A DNA stretch of 64,000 bases from Octopus vulgaris (lineage: Eukaryota), in the NCBI GenBank assembly GCA_951406725.2, contig OX597826.1, positions 64,666,001 through 64,730,000 of the forward strand, written 5' to 3'. The notes below the pieces were generated by a model, which was given only the letters and a program-made list of their open reading frames with translations, was not told where the DNA came from and did not search any database. The translations under genes were made by a program, and so were the position numbers. This document shows positions 1-13,960 of the stretch, one piece after another; the stretch's first letter is position 1; each line of letters opens with the position of its first letter.

Positions 1-4
1 CAAG

Positions 5-42
5 TCTTTAACGTTTCGAGCCTACGCTCTTCAACAGAAAGA
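5..42 (-). ncRNA. Minimal hammerhead-like motif (core variant), PLE-type repeat
   Basis: Minus: UCUUU-CUGUUGA-A-GAGC-GUAG-GCUC-GAA-ACGU-U-AAAGA. Stems I-III form, but core A6 is U. Confidence 0.5.
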
Positions 43-708
43 TACACAGAGAGAGAAAAACACAGAAAGAAGGAGAGAAAAAAAATGCGTGCAGTAGCTA
101 ACGAATCAACATGGCGATATATATATATATATATATCTGTAGGTATGTACATATATGTATGTATATATGCATATATTTATATATCATTTATATTATTATA
201 TGATCGAACGCCACACATCCTTTTCCAAGTAAGTTTTATCTTAATAATTGCGATGCGCACTCTTCTCCTCTAACTTCTATCTCTTCTCTGTCTATCTCCC
301 ACTCTTGATCTTCCTTCTTTCTGTTTTTCTTTCCCGCCCTTTCCATATTCTTCTCCTCTCCCCTTCACCGTTCCCTCTCTCTCTCATTCCTCCTCCTTGA
401 CTCTCTCGTCGCTGACACGTGACGAAAAGCGATCTGTCTTTCTTGCTTCTTCTTACTTCGTAAAGAGAAGACGTGCTTTTAACTGTCTCTTCTCATAGCT
501 CGTCTTTCTAGCGTCCATAATTTTTCACATCGTCTTGGCTCAACAGCCCTCACCGTTTGTTTTTACTGTTTTGTTGTCAAAGTCCTGTTTTTGTTACCAC
601 TTTCAACCTCCGTAAAAAATCACAAATTTTATTTAATTTGCTTTGCGGGAAGGATCGTTTCAACGAAGTCGCGTATTGTCCTTACATTCGAACCGCGGAG
701 TACAGAGA

Positions 709-770
<62 letters not shown>

Positions 771-2520
771 CATCCACTTTTGCGTGCTCATATGGATCAG
801 ACATATTTTGTACAGCCGTATGCTCTTCCGATCGCTAACCCTTACTTCTTTCCAAGTAAGGTCATATTTCATGATAGCCAAAGATCACGTGAACGATTGG
901 ATACAAAGAACACATCTTGCATGAAAGTGACACTCTCATACAATTGTTGCAGATGTCATGACAACGAGGAAATAAAACAGAAACACACATACACACACAC
1001 ACACACACGTATAGATATATGTATATACATATGATACTTTGCTTTCGCTTTCCGTCTACCATATCCACTCGTAAGTTTTTTGTCACCACTAGGCTATAGT
1101 AGACGACACATGAGGTCTCACGCTGTTAAACATGACCTCTCCGTAAATATTCGTCTGGTTGTTTAGCTGTTAGACAGCATCGAAACATATTCGCCAGTGA
1201 GAATAGCAAAAAATGTTGCTAAACATGACCTAAATACATGCAGATATGTATGTACTAATTTTTTATCTTCGCGACAAATTTGACAATAATCTTTGCAGCA
1301 GGGTGCATTGTTTAACCTTTTGAAATACCTTGATATTTAAACATGTGTTTGACGGCTGTATATAATACATACAACTAGAGCTATTGTAAGTGACTAATTT
1401 TCACGGTGCTGCGTTTATTGAGGATTACTATGGTGAAGAGCATCATTATTCAAGAGACACGTTATATATGTGTAGGTAAAATAAGCTGTTTGTATAATGA
1501 AAAAACAAAAACTGCAGTCGGGTTACAGGTTTTCCCACGAACTTATCACGAACTTAAAATACACATCTGAGTTTAGTAGTGACAAGGGAATGTCTGTCAC
1601 AGAATCTAGAGCAAATATTAAATAGGATAATTTAGAAAAAAAAGCAGCGTTCTTTTGTATATCTTGCCTACGTTTACAAATTTTCATACACACACACACA
1701 CACACACACACATACACACGGGGCCTACAAACGCAATGTAGTCAGTTGAGAAACATTTTCAAGAGAGTTAGTAAACAAAACTGATCTGTAGGGGTTGTGG
1801 TTATGGCGGCGTTGGGTAAGGGTTAAAATTAAATAAATATATAAATAAAAAGAGGCTAATATTTTGATTTAAAGATTGATATTAGTGAAGTGAAGAAAGA
1901 GTGAAAGAGAGAGGGAGGGAAGGAGAAAGAGAAACAGGGAGATAGGGAGAGGACATGAGAGAGAGACAGAGATTAGCGAGAAAAAGTTACAGAATGGAGG
2001 GGACAGAATGAACAGAATCTTGGGAAAGGGTTGTAGAATGGACTATCAACATGTTTTTGTCCCATTTCTCCTGTTCAACTAAACCTTCCAGACTTCGTTG
2101 TCACCGGAATGACTAACTCGTTGAGTCGTCACCGACTGTGACTAACTGATTTTTGTTTGGGGTGTGCTTGCTTTTATAACTATCCAGAAGGATAGATATA
2201 TCATTGAGAACAATAGATTTTGTTGGTGGCCTTGTTATCTCTATTCTGACTTTTGGTGACGTAGAAGAGGTTAGAAAGGGTCAAGTGGTGAAGACATTAT
2301 TTCGGCCTAGCTAAAGGCATCTGGAAAATGTAAAACTGCTGTCACAGAAGAAACATTGTTCCACCATGGGAGAAGTTCTGTTGCAGCGTTAATTTAAATT
2401 TGGCTATGGTGGATCGAATCCACTTCATGCTTGCAAGATCCACTACATATGTTTTCCACATATTTTCAATTCACAATTTTGCCACGTGGTGTATACTGAA
2501 TCTACAGTATTTTTGCCCCT

Positions 2521-2595
<75 letters not shown>

Positions 2596-2829
2596 TGAGA
2601 GAGAGATGGAGATTATATATACACATACACATACACACATACATATACATGCACATATACATACACATACACATATACATATACATACACATACAGACAC
2701 ATAGATAGATATATACATACATACATACATACATACATACATACATACATACATACATACATACATACATACATACATACATAGAGAGATACATAGACAG
2801 CCAGCAAGACAGACAGACAGACAAATAAA

Positions 2830-3800
2830 TGGAATTAAACGCAGGTGTTATTCAAATTCTTTTACTTCCGACATATGTTTCGAAGACTACTCTGGTATTA
2901 TTCCAGAGGGAATATAATGGTGTAAAACAATCTTCTCATCAGGGAAAGAAAGAAACCAAGCACATCAATAAGACATTTTAACAGAATGTGATGACTGTGT
3001 ATATGATGAAGGGAACGCTATCGAGTTCTTTTAAAAAACCGTTAGTAGATATAACGTCAAAGGTAGTTTATAGAAAGTGGAGGAGAAAGAAATTAGCAGA
3101 AAAATAATAGTAGAGAGATATAGAGCGATAGGTGAATTTGAAAATAAAGCTCAAAGGCATGGAAGTAGATATATTTAGTGAAAGGGAAATGTAAGAAGAC
3201 AGTCAAAGGTCAAGTTTTATAGAATGGTAGAAATCACTTATTGGAACTAAAATTATGTTTCTGCCAATATTTGCAACGATAAACGCGTTCTATAAACGTG
3301 TTTTCAAGGGGATTCTTTTAGAATAGGATAAAAAACATTTCAGTATTACAAAGCGAACAAAAAGATTTACCTTTGTCATACGGTAAAGAAATAGAGAGAA
3401 TATTCCATTCCAAATCAAATTGTTTATGATCTTTTAGATCCCATATTAATTTAATAAACCCAACATTGTTACGTTTATTGATATGCCTAAATGTTGAGTA
3501 ATGATTAGATATTCTTTTGGACAACTGAGATGAAGAACTACCTATTTAAAAAAAGACGTCAGACCCGGAAGTAATTTTACATTGATAATGTAAGGTTTTC
3601 CTAACACAAAAAATCCTTCACAAATCATCTCTTCGGATAATAATAAGTTGTTAAATACAAATCCACTTAATGAAAATATTAACTATAATTTTGTTAACAC
3701 TAGCCATTCTTTAAATAATAACAACAGCGGGGTTATTGCTTCTGAAGTTGACTCCTATCGTATACGTTTTCTTCGCAGTAATTCTAACACAAGACACCGT
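2830..3800 (-). mobile_element. Penelope-like element remnant (GIY-YIG endonuclease 3' part plus hammerhead-containing repeat)
   Basis: Minus translation ...YQCKITSGSDVFF*IGSSSSQLSKRISNHYSTF...LIWDLK...WNIL...Y....CSLCNTEMFFI resembles the PLE GIY-YIG domain. A hammerhead motif lies downstream at 2865-2947. Confidence 0.8.
2865..2947 (-). ncRNA. Type I hammerhead ribozyme (PLE-associated)
   Basis: Minus: UUUCC-CUGAUGA-GAAGAUUG...(CUCUGG-loop-CCAGAG)...UAGUCUUC-GAA-ACAUAUGU-C-GGAAG. Intact core, stems I and II, palindromic stem III and a GUC cleavage triplet. Confidence 0.8.
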
Positions 3801-4008
3801 TTATCGATGTAAAATTACTTTTGGGTCTATAAACACTGGAAAACACAGACACACATATATATATATATATATGTATGTGTGTATGTATGTATGCATGTAT
3901 ACCTGATTACACATAAGCATGAATACTTAGTTATATACATGTATGTATAATTGATTATATATATGTATGTATACTTAGTCATATATATATATATATATAT
4001 ATACTTAG

Positions 4009-4048
<40 letters not shown>

Positions 4049-4101
4049 ACTTGGTTGTATGTATGTATGTATGTTTGCATGCATGTATGGATGGATGGAC
4101 G

Positions 4102-4147
<46 letters not shown>

Positions 4148-4236
4148 ATATCAGAATTATCAATTTTAGTAAGGAAATACTTCATTTTCTTTCAACCCTC
4201 TTCTCCTTCTCTCTGTCTCTCTTCCTCTTCTCTTTT

Positions 4237-7200
4237 TTACAAAGGGGTTGTCTTTATCTGATGAGTTTCTTCAAGTTGTCGTCGAACCTCGTCAATAACT
4301 TTTATAATTGACAAAGTATCAGAATGAGTGTGAGCAGGACATTCTAGTTGACCTTTAAAAGCAGAAAAGAGAAATGTAAAAGGAGAATTCTCGGAATATA
4401 AACATTTTGACACAAAAAAGAAAAAGAGAGTAAATTATTTCAATTATGCAATGAGAACACATTGAATAAAATATTGATGAATTTTACTTTGTTCGCAAAG
4501 TATTACTTCATATTACTTCACAGATAACTACTACAAGCAGTAGAAGTGGTAGATTATCAAATTATGAGCCACAGTATTAGTAGTAGCTTCAACAGTTATC
4601 GAAATAGATGGAAGCACGCTTATATAAGCGACAGTATTTATCAAAGACTTACCTTTCTCTAAACACTGGCGAACAGCTTCAGCCTCATAAGCTAATCCAG
4701 CGCTATTAGGGTAATAATACTTAGCATCAGATTTGGGGAGTGGAAATTCTCTTTCTTCTCCATTCACCTCAATTTTGGTGGGAGACCAAAATGGTCCGGG
4801 TATCTGTTGAAATAGGAGTGTATGGTATATACGTTAAGACAGTTTGGTTTAATTACTTGACTATTAACGTTATATATGTTGGAATCACTGCAATAATTTC
4901 ATTCATAAAGAAATTGAATAAATAGTTATGTCTTTTCTAAATGTTCTTTTTTTATCCTATAAATCTAAATAATAGTTATAATAAATAAACTTCAATACTC
5001 GGTTAACGAACTACAAGTATAATTTTAAAATTATTTATTTTTAAATGACATGATTACTTACATAAATTTTACCTTTAGTTCCATAAATATATGCGTCTCG
5101 TCTTCCTTCTATATCAAGATTATAAGACAAAGATGCCCTAGCACCATCCTTATAAGTCAGAATAATATTGGCAGATTGATCGACACCTTTCCAAAATGAA
5201 ACAACAAAACAACATTTCTTAGTTCTCCTTTTTACACATGAACGCAATCATAACATAGAAATCACACAACTAGAAAACTTTAAGATGAATATCATCATCA
5301 TCATCATCATCATCATCTCTGTGTTTTACCCATGTTTGACACAATTTGACTCATAACGCAAAGAGAGAAAACTAAGTGAGGTTGGTGCTCACACAAAACA
5401 TCAAAATTGAGCAACGTTGATGGCATTAAAAACAAAGAATAAGTGAGATAACTATATCATGCGCACGATCAGCTCTGATCGGACAAAGTTCTGTATACTG
5501 CAGGGCCTCCTTCATTATTTGGTTGTATGCATAGCTATTTGCTTTGTATTTACATTAGATACTGTTAACCACTCTCACGTCTATTTACACCTGATTCACT
5601 TGAGTAGTTAATAGTGAAACCTTGCTCACGTTCATTATTAATATAAACTCAAAGGCAGGAGCTGTTAGTGCAGTTCCGTAGCTAACAAGAGAGCAAGGGT
5701 AACGACCGTTCTCTCCGAGCGCATATTTCAAAATCGGCTGACCGTTTTCCTCCAAATTTCAGGCCTTATGCCTATATTAAACTAAAATAATAATAATATC
5801 CTCACCTGGATGATTTATCACTCGGGTGGGAAAACAGTTTTTATTATTACAAGTTTTTCTGTGTTGAAAAAAATAATGAGTCTTTAAACTAAATCATTTT
5901 TGTGATCCTAAAGTTTTATTTGCATAGGTTTCAGTCTTAATTGTGAGCGGTTTTAAATTCTCGCTCCTATCTTACAACATCTAACCGGAACTCTAATGTT
6001 CTCTGTTTGCTTTACTTTCATTAGCGAATATTTTCGTTCTGTAGTAACTTCCTTTTCTCTTCACTTATTCTAAGCGCTTTTGAAGCAAAAGTATGCCTTA
6101 AATTATTCATGACATAAAAGGGCGCATGCTCCTCTTTACTAATTACCGTATGTAGATGTATATAATTCCCTCCCCCTCTCGCATGACTCTTTTTTTTTCT
6201 ATTACGTTATAGCTCACAAAATTATTGAAACCTCCATGGAGGCACGTAAGCAACACGAAACTTTATTAAAGATATACTCACCTGTATCAGCAATCGTTCC
6301 AACAGCAGTAATTGTCTCCGGTTCCTCTCTAAATATGAATCTTGAAAGCCATATTAGATACACAGAACAACACAAGAGGCCTCCTCCACCCAAAGAATGC
6401 TGAGATACAAAATCAAATGAAAAGGAAGAAAAAAAGAAAGCTGCATCCATGTGGCGTATCTGTCCTATGGTTCCAGAGTCAATTATTTCTCTTAGAGCTT
6501 TATAAGCTGGGGAGAAGTTGGACCACAAAGCCTAAGGAGAAAGCATTTATGTTGAAAAAAAGAAAGAATGTTTAAAGTAAGGAATAAGAATGAAAGAAAG
6601 GAACTTATGTATAAAAAGATACAAGCGAATGTTGAAAGAAATATTATAAAAGATATGTCTTATTTCTGTTATTTTTCATCATGTTATTCTGTGTTGCGAT
6701 CTTTAATATTTTACCACTACGTTCCTCACCTCTGTTTCTATTAAGTTTTCACAGATAAGGTACATTACTAAGCGTATAATTTACAAATAAAGCACATTAT
6801 GGATCCTCTTTATAAGGGCTGATGTGTATTCAATGAACAGCAACGTGCCAAAATGCACAATTTTAGAGTTAAAAGACATACCTCCATGAAAAATAATTTC
6901 TTTGACTTTGCAAGTTCAGTCATTTCTTCTGTCTGCTTCGTATTACAAGCACAGGTTTTCTCACATAGAACAGGTTTACCATTGTTCAGCATAAGAATGG
7001 AAAGAGGATGATGGAAAATGTTGGCCGTTGAAAGGTACACAAGATCTATGAGTAAAACGAAATTATATTAGTTTTCTTTGCTATCAAAGTAATGCGTTTG
7101 TGTAATTCAAGTGTGATATATAGAAATACTTGTTTAATATTTACACTTGTCTATCTTGCGTGTGCGTGTATAAGATGGGGTGCTCAAAATTTGTTGGATT

Positions 7201-9758
7201 TGAGTAAAAATAAAAATACAGGAGAATCAGTTAATTATGATTTTATTCAACATATCCTTCTCTCAAATTCACACACGTATTGCAGCGGACCGTCAGTTTT
7301 TCTAAGTTCTGTAAAAGAAATCGGAAGGTTGGGCCTCCATCCAAGCCATTCGTGACAACCTTAAAACCAGTAACTTTTCAGCACCCCTTCGTATGTACGC
7401 ATATATTTGTGAGTGAACAATTAATTTCTTTAACTTTACGCGAATGGTTGTCATATCTATTCCAATTCTATTATCATTAGAATCATTATTGTTCATGATG
7501 ATAATGCTTTTTATCGTCTTATTGAAATTTTCATGTTTATTTCTCTTATTTGGAAGGAGGTGAACACAGCTATCCGGATTCTTTTTGATCCAGTGTCATC
7601 TCGTTCATGTGTTACAACATGAACGAGTTGAACTTATCACGAACTATACATTTCTTGGTCTATTACTTGTCATACAGTACAAGACATTATGGTAACAGTT
7701 GTTAAAATTGAGTTTGTATAAGACCAAAATGAAATGAAATAAATTAAAAGACCTACAATGTTTACAAAATAACATACAAAATTTACAATTGGATTTAGGC
7801 TAAATATTTTTCATACCTATGTTGGGATCTTTGGCAAATTCTTCATAGCTGGTATACACATTTGGTATTTTAAATTCATCGGCTAGTTTCTTAGCTTTCT
7901 CTAAAGATTTGGATACCACTGCAGTTATCTAAATGAAAAGCAAAATAATGTCATGTACAACTGAGTTTTATTGTGCAGTATATGTAATTGCAATGTTGAT
8001 AGTTATATAATTTTAATGTTTGATGAATGCAAATAAATAAGGCTTTCTTAATCGACTGTTAATAACTTCTTAGACATGAGGCAGGCGATTTTGAGATGAG
8101 GGCGGTAGTTGATTACATCGATCTTTGCACTTGATTGGTTGTGTAATTTATCGACTAGAAAAAGGATGAAATGCTAATTCGTCCTCAGCAAGATTTAAGC
8201 TCAGAACCGAAACAGCCGGAAGCAGTACCGCTAGGTATATTCTGTGACGTTCTAATGATTCTGCCAATTCAATTTTCTTAAAAGTAATTGCCTCTGACAT
8301 AGCCAAAAGGTTTGAAATTTGGTGGAAGAAGAATAATGGAAAATATCAATCCCGCCCAGTACTACTTAACTGGTACTATATGTCACGGAACCCGGGGATG
8401 AAAGTCAAATTTGACCTCGTTATGATTTGAAAGAAAAAAATACCATAACTGAAAGAAAAACACAAAAAAGAAAAACAACAGATGCATCCTCACAACCGCT
8501 TGATCAACATCAAAAAGGAAACACGCAAGTACAGCAAACATACAAGAGCAACACATAAACCCACGCATAACCAGAAAGATACCACCACCAGTTAAATACA
8601 CAACACCACCCACAACTACAGATAGCAACAAATCGCACGTGCCATCTTTGCTACATTCACACATTTTTTATTGGAACATTCACTAGATAAAGCTTCTCTC
8701 TTTACTCTCACCTTCCTCTTCAAGTGATATATGAAGGAGTTGATGAGAGATTTACCAGAGAGGAGAGTGTTTATCTCTAGACCTTTCAGATGCGTCCACC
8801 ATACACGTTCTTTCGCCATAGCATTTCAAGGAAGGAGAAGCGACAATATTTACGATAGACTCAGTTGATAAACTGACTCGTCCCACACGCAATAGCAGTC
8901 GTTCGACATAGACCCACAGATAGGAAATGGTTGGACACTGTACGAGTGCGTGCAGAACAGTTTCGTCGCTCTGACCGCATTTGGGGCAGGTCGGCTCCGT
9001 GTTTTTCGAGCCATCCTGTAGAGCTTATACCGAACGTGTAGCGCTTTACGATAACACTGCCAGGCCAGGGAAGAATTCTGAAGTTGTCCATAGGTCCCGG
9101 AACAGGCGGGTCAGGTATTCCTCGTCGACGCCCAGGTTCGCACCGAGATCGTCGTCATACCACCCCTCCACTAGTCCCTTATAGAATGCTTTGGTTGTGT
9201 TGCAGTTGCTCAAGGTTGACCCGGGACGGCATAGTTGCCCGAGAGCAACGCGGCACTCGTGGTACTATTCGCCCTTCCTCGGCCTGTTTTTGATCCACAA
9301 CTACAGTTCGGTCATGGAGACGAGCTGCGGGAAAGCACGCCTCACAAACGGCGACCGCACCTGTCCACCGTCGTCTACGTAGAGCCAGAAATGTAGTCTC
9401 AGCGCGTGTCTGCGCATCATCAACTACGGCATGCCTAGCCCTCCTTTTGACGGGTGTTGGCAGCAAACGGATTGCCTGACCATCGGAACGCTTCCTTTCC
9501 ACAAGAAGCGGAAGAGAATGCTTTCCAGTTTGGTAGGGTCGGGACAAGGCACGACGGTCAGGCGGTAGTAGATGATGGTCGCGATGTAAATGTTCGACAC
9601 CTCCGCACGACCTTTTAGGGACAGCTTCCTCTCGGCCCATTGCCGGGCGAGAGTGGCCACTCTACTCGTTATCTCGTTCCAGTTCTTCTCCGTTTGGAGA
9701 CAGACAGACAGACAGATAGACAGACAGAAAAATAGATAGGCAGATAGAAAGATAGATG

Positions 9759-9853
<95 letters not shown>

Positions 9854-10290
9854 GTTTGTTCGTGAGTGTATTTGTTACTTTTGTCTCTCTCATTAACTTT
9901 TTTTTTGATTTTATGGTGAAATGAAGAAAGAATGAAGGAGACATTATGGGGAAGAGATGAAACAAGGAAAAGGGAAAAGGACGATACGCTGTATGCTTTC
10001 CTAAATACTTTTTAAATTCCTTCTATCCATGTCTAACCCGTCCATTTCTGGCATTATAGAGTTTAGCGCTCTATATAGAATAGTTTTCGTCATAGGTTTG
10101 CCCCGGTTAAAGTTTGTAGTGGTAAATAATAAAGAAATTGTGAGAAATTTAAGAAGTTAAAAATGAATAAAATAAAGAGAGACAAACGTGAAATGTTATT
10201 ACTTACTTTGTGTTCTGAAGGATTCAGACATTGCAAAGCATTGCAGAAATCCGTTGCAATCATACCTGCCGAACAGAGTCCCCAGCGCAT
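4237..10290 (-). CDS. DHDH: DHDH-like oxidoreductase (Gfo/Idh/MocA family; trans-1,2-dihydrobenzene-1,2-diol / D-xylose dehydrogenase-like), copy A, 7 coding exons, 333 aa
   Basis: Exons (minus): 10290-10207, 7928-7817, 7045-6882, 6531-6282, 5186-5062, 4803-4653, 4352-4237. All introns are GT-AG with compatible phases; total 1002 nt. Protein [15 protein letters not shown]...[14 protein letters not shown]...GKPVLCEKT...LFFMEALWS...GVDQSA...GTKG...[22 protein letters not shown] matches recalled vertebrate DHDH motifs (LRWGIVS, GKAVLCEKP, LFLMEAIW, YEAKHVWECLRKG). Confidence 0.92.
8432..9670 (-). mobile_element. Tx1/L1-clade LINE 3' remnant in intron 1 of gene A
   Basis: Frameshifted ORF2 C-terminus: [16 protein letters not shown]...FRFLWKG...[10 protein letters not shown] and [12 protein letters not shown]. 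Absent from intron 1 of copy C. Confidence 0.8.
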
Positions 10291-11662
10291 TTTCCCACCT
10301 TTTGAAATATGCTAAGAAAATGTTGGAAGTTTCTAATCCTCTTCTTTCGTTTTTTTTTTTTTTTTTTTTAATTTATCTCTCCGTAATTGTTACACTTCTT
10401 TTGGCTGTTTAGCTACTAGATCTCCATGAAACATAAATGTAGCAAGAAGTATTACTAGCTGAGAGAGAGAGAGAAAGACGGACAGACAGACAGGCTGACA
10501 GGCAGAGACACGCAGAGACAGACAGATACAGAGACAGTGAGAGAGAGAAAAAGGGGAGAATTTTGAGAGTGGAGAAAGAAGGAACAGAATTGTGAGGAGG
10601 AGGTGTCGAAAGGAGAATTAATATGCTTCAGTGAAACATGTGTGTAAATGCAGGCGAAATAGCATGATTAGAGAGAGAGGGGGAGGGGAGATAGGGGAGT
10701 GGAGAATTACGAGAGTGGGAGAAAGAAGGAACAGTATCGCAAATGGTGTCGAAAGGAGAATCAACATGCTTTTGTGAAACGTAGATAAAGTCAGACGAAA
10801 TAGCATAATTAACATTCTTAGCCACAGAATTCGAAGTATCAAAAAGCGATAAAGTTGTTCTACACTTATCAAAAAAAAAACATGACCTATATAGATATGT
10901 ACAAAATATACATTTGTTAATTTTTTTTTCTTCCACGATAAACCCACTGAACTGATTTCCCGCTGCATTGTCTCACTTTTTGAAATACCCAAACGAAATA
11001 AACATGTTTTGAAAGCCTTGTACTTTTAAAAGAAAATAATTTCTTTTCAGAAATGGAGTACTTATCACTTTAAAGGCCTCTACTCAATCATATCCTGTGA
11101 TAATTTTAATCCGCTACATATTCTATCGTTCAGTTAGTGGAATTGCTTAGTCATAGAACGTAAAGCAAGACAGCAAAAGCAACACTAGTTTTTAGGTTGA
11201 TAAACACGGTCACGAAGAAATATAAGATTGGCTTCAGTTTTGGTCAACCTGAAACTGTAGAAGACACTTAGGTATTTGCCTAAGGTACTGGGCCGATATG
11301 TTGACACCAGAAATATGTAGTTGTGAAGCAAGCCCATTAACTACACACCATTATCTACGTTTAAGTATGATTATTCACATAATGAGCGGTGTAATATACA
11401 TTTCATACTAAATTCTACACTTGGCTAAGAAATTTCTCCAAGTAGAGGTAAGAAATTATGTCATATCTCCATCTTACCAACAACTACAATGTGGATGTAT
11501 ACGATTCACTGTGTCCCCGTCGAATCACGTTATTCTTCCTATCACTGCCTTTGTTACTCATCTTTATCACCGTCTCTTACTTGGCACTTCAAGTTGGTAA
11601 CCTTAATAACTATAACACTGTCTTCTCCTCTTCTGCCACTTTCTCACTGCCATTCGGGTTAT

Positions 11663-12302
11663 GGACGAGTCAGTTTATCAACTGAGTCTATCGTAAATAT
11701 TGTCGCGCCTCCTTCTATGAAACGGGAAGGAAGAGCCATTTTCATCGTACTTGTCGCTATGGCGAAAGAATGTGTATGGTAGACGCGTCTGAAAGGTCTA
11801 GAGATAAACACTATCCTCTCTGGTGAATCTCTCATCAACTCTTTCAAGTATCACTTGAAGAGGAAGGTGAGAGCAGAGAGGGAACTTTTGTCTAGTGAAT
11901 GTTTCAATAAAAAATGGGTGAATGTAGCAAGGATGGTACGTGTGAAAGACGGAGCCACCTTGAGCATAATCCTATAAACCAGAAAAAGAAAGGAAAAAAG
12001 AGTCACTTACTGTAATGTGCTTTTTGCATGACACTATTGCCCGAGGTTACCGTGGTCTTTTCCGTAGGCTTTTCTTTCCATGGATGAACCTAATCTGTTT
12101 CCACTTTTACAGTACGACATTTATTTGATACACGATCCCTATTGATCGGCCTTTTTTTGTTTCTTCCTTCTTTCCATGATGCCTTTTGATCGAATTTCTA
12201 CCCCCTACCACCACCACCACCAGTTTTGCTCTTCCCCAAAAAGAAAAGCTCTACTTTGTATTTTGTCCCGTCTGTGTTCAGCCCTGTGTGGCCAATAAAG
12301 AA
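11663..12302 (+). mobile_element. Tx1/L1-clade LINE 3' end, same family as 8432-9670, opposite orientation
   Basis: [18 protein letters not shown]...YHLKRKVR matches the minus-strand copy at ~8640-8885. The 3' UTR ends ccAATAAAgaaa. Confidence 0.75.
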
Positions 12303-12543
12303 ACATATCTATCGACCTACCTACCTATTTATCCACCTACATATACATCCACCTACCTAATTATCCACCTACCTATCTATCTACATATCTATCTTTCGAC
12401 ATATCTATCTACATATTTTGTAATAGGATAGAATAGTGCGAGAAGAGGAGGTAAAAGAATAAGAGAGAGAAAAAAGAAAGAGTAAAAAGATCTATAGGGT
12501 AAGTACTTTTACTGCACCAGATTTTAAGTGTTTTATGTCTAAA

Positions 12544-13960
12544 TGTAGCTTATCACCAGTCAAACATAATTCAGTAAACTAGTGGAGGCGAGAATTCATT
12601 TATCAAAGGTTTATTACTTTACGCACATCAGGGCTTAAGTCGCCAGTTATTTCTGTTTAGTTCATTCAGATTCGTTTCACACTCACTGTTGACAGTCTTT
12701 TGTTTTTGCTTCTCCTCCCGGAAGTCCCTTTTTTCCTGCTGGTCAACTCCCTATCTAACCCGCAGCGAAGTTTCTGTCGACAGTTCGTCTGTCACGAATT
12801 CTACTCTACATAGCTCCCTCCCCGCCAGAACTGTTGACTGTCATTGGAAACGGGAAGGCGTTTTAATTGTTCTGCCCATGCGTGTGGTTACTCGATTCTT
12901 TGGTGACTGTACCTTGTCGAGGGCCACTTGAATGGGGCTGCCACTATCGAGATGGGCCGGTTTCAATCTAACGATGGAGACTGTCTTGTCGTCCACCAAT
13001 TAGGAGTTGGAATGCTTTATCTCCCGGATGTATGACCTGATATGGACCATCGTAGGGTGACCGGAAGGGTTTTCGTCGTGTGTCATGTCAAACGAACACA
13101 AAAATAGTGTGCGAAGGTCATTTGGTACCGATGATCTGGGTGTACCGTGTGTCGACATGGGCACAGGGTTCAACCGGCCCACGCTGTCTCTCAGCTGAGC
13201 GAAATACCTTTTGACATCCGGCTCTGACTTCGTATTTGGAAGGAACTCTCCTGGCACTGTAAGGGGAGCGCCGTAAACCATTTCCGCGGAGGAAGTGTTG
13301 AAATTTTCTTTTGGGTCGGTGCGGATTCCCAGCATCACCCATGGGAGTTGGTCAATCCAATTTGGTCCGTTAAGTCTGGTTGTCATAGATTCCTTCAGGC
13401 GACGGTGAAATCTCTCCACTAATCCGTTGGCCAGTGGGAGGTAGGATGTTGTGCAGTTCATCGTGATTCCAAAAAGGTCACACACGTCATTCCACAGCTT
13501 TGAGATGAGCTGTGGACCACCCCAATCGGATGAGATGCTATCTGGAACACCGAAACAGGCGACACAGTTTACGATTAAGGCTCGGCTGACTTCTTGTATT
13601 TCCGAGCTGCAGAGAGGGATAGCTTCGGGCCAACGGGTGTAGCGGTTTACAAAGGTCAATAGATACGAGCGAGCCTGTGAAGGAGGTCGGGGCCGACAAG
13701 GTCGATGTTAACATGGCTGAATCGGGCCTGAGTTGGTTCATAGTTGCCGAGGGATGCTTTGGTGTGTTAATGGACCTTGGCTTGTTGACAGGGGATGCAG
13801 GACCTGGTCCAATCCCCGATTCGCTTGGCCATACCGTGCCAGATAAATTTGCTTGACAGGCTTTAGTATCTGGGTAGGAAAGTCCGTGAATGATGTCGAA
13901 AACTTTCTTGCGCCAGACTGATGGGACGATCGGTCGTGGCTTCCCAGTGGATACGTCACA
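12544..13960 (-). mobile_element. Ty3/Gypsy LTR retrotransposon 3' remnant (integrase, PPT, 3' LTR 12544-12810)
   Basis: Integrase motifs HVNIDLVGP, RYTRWPEAIPL, SDWG, NGLVERFHRRLK, LPWVMLGIRT. A polypurine tract GGCGGGGAGGGAG precedes a TGTAG...CTACA LTR that contains AATAAA. Confidence 0.85.

Larger units (their letters stand above)
117..11020. repeat. Segmental duplication unit 1 (contains gene A)
   Basis: Colinear with ~29860-43068. Lacks ~3 kb present in unit 2 (30835-33865; junction near 1126) and has different intron-1 content (8432-9977). Confidence 0.9.
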
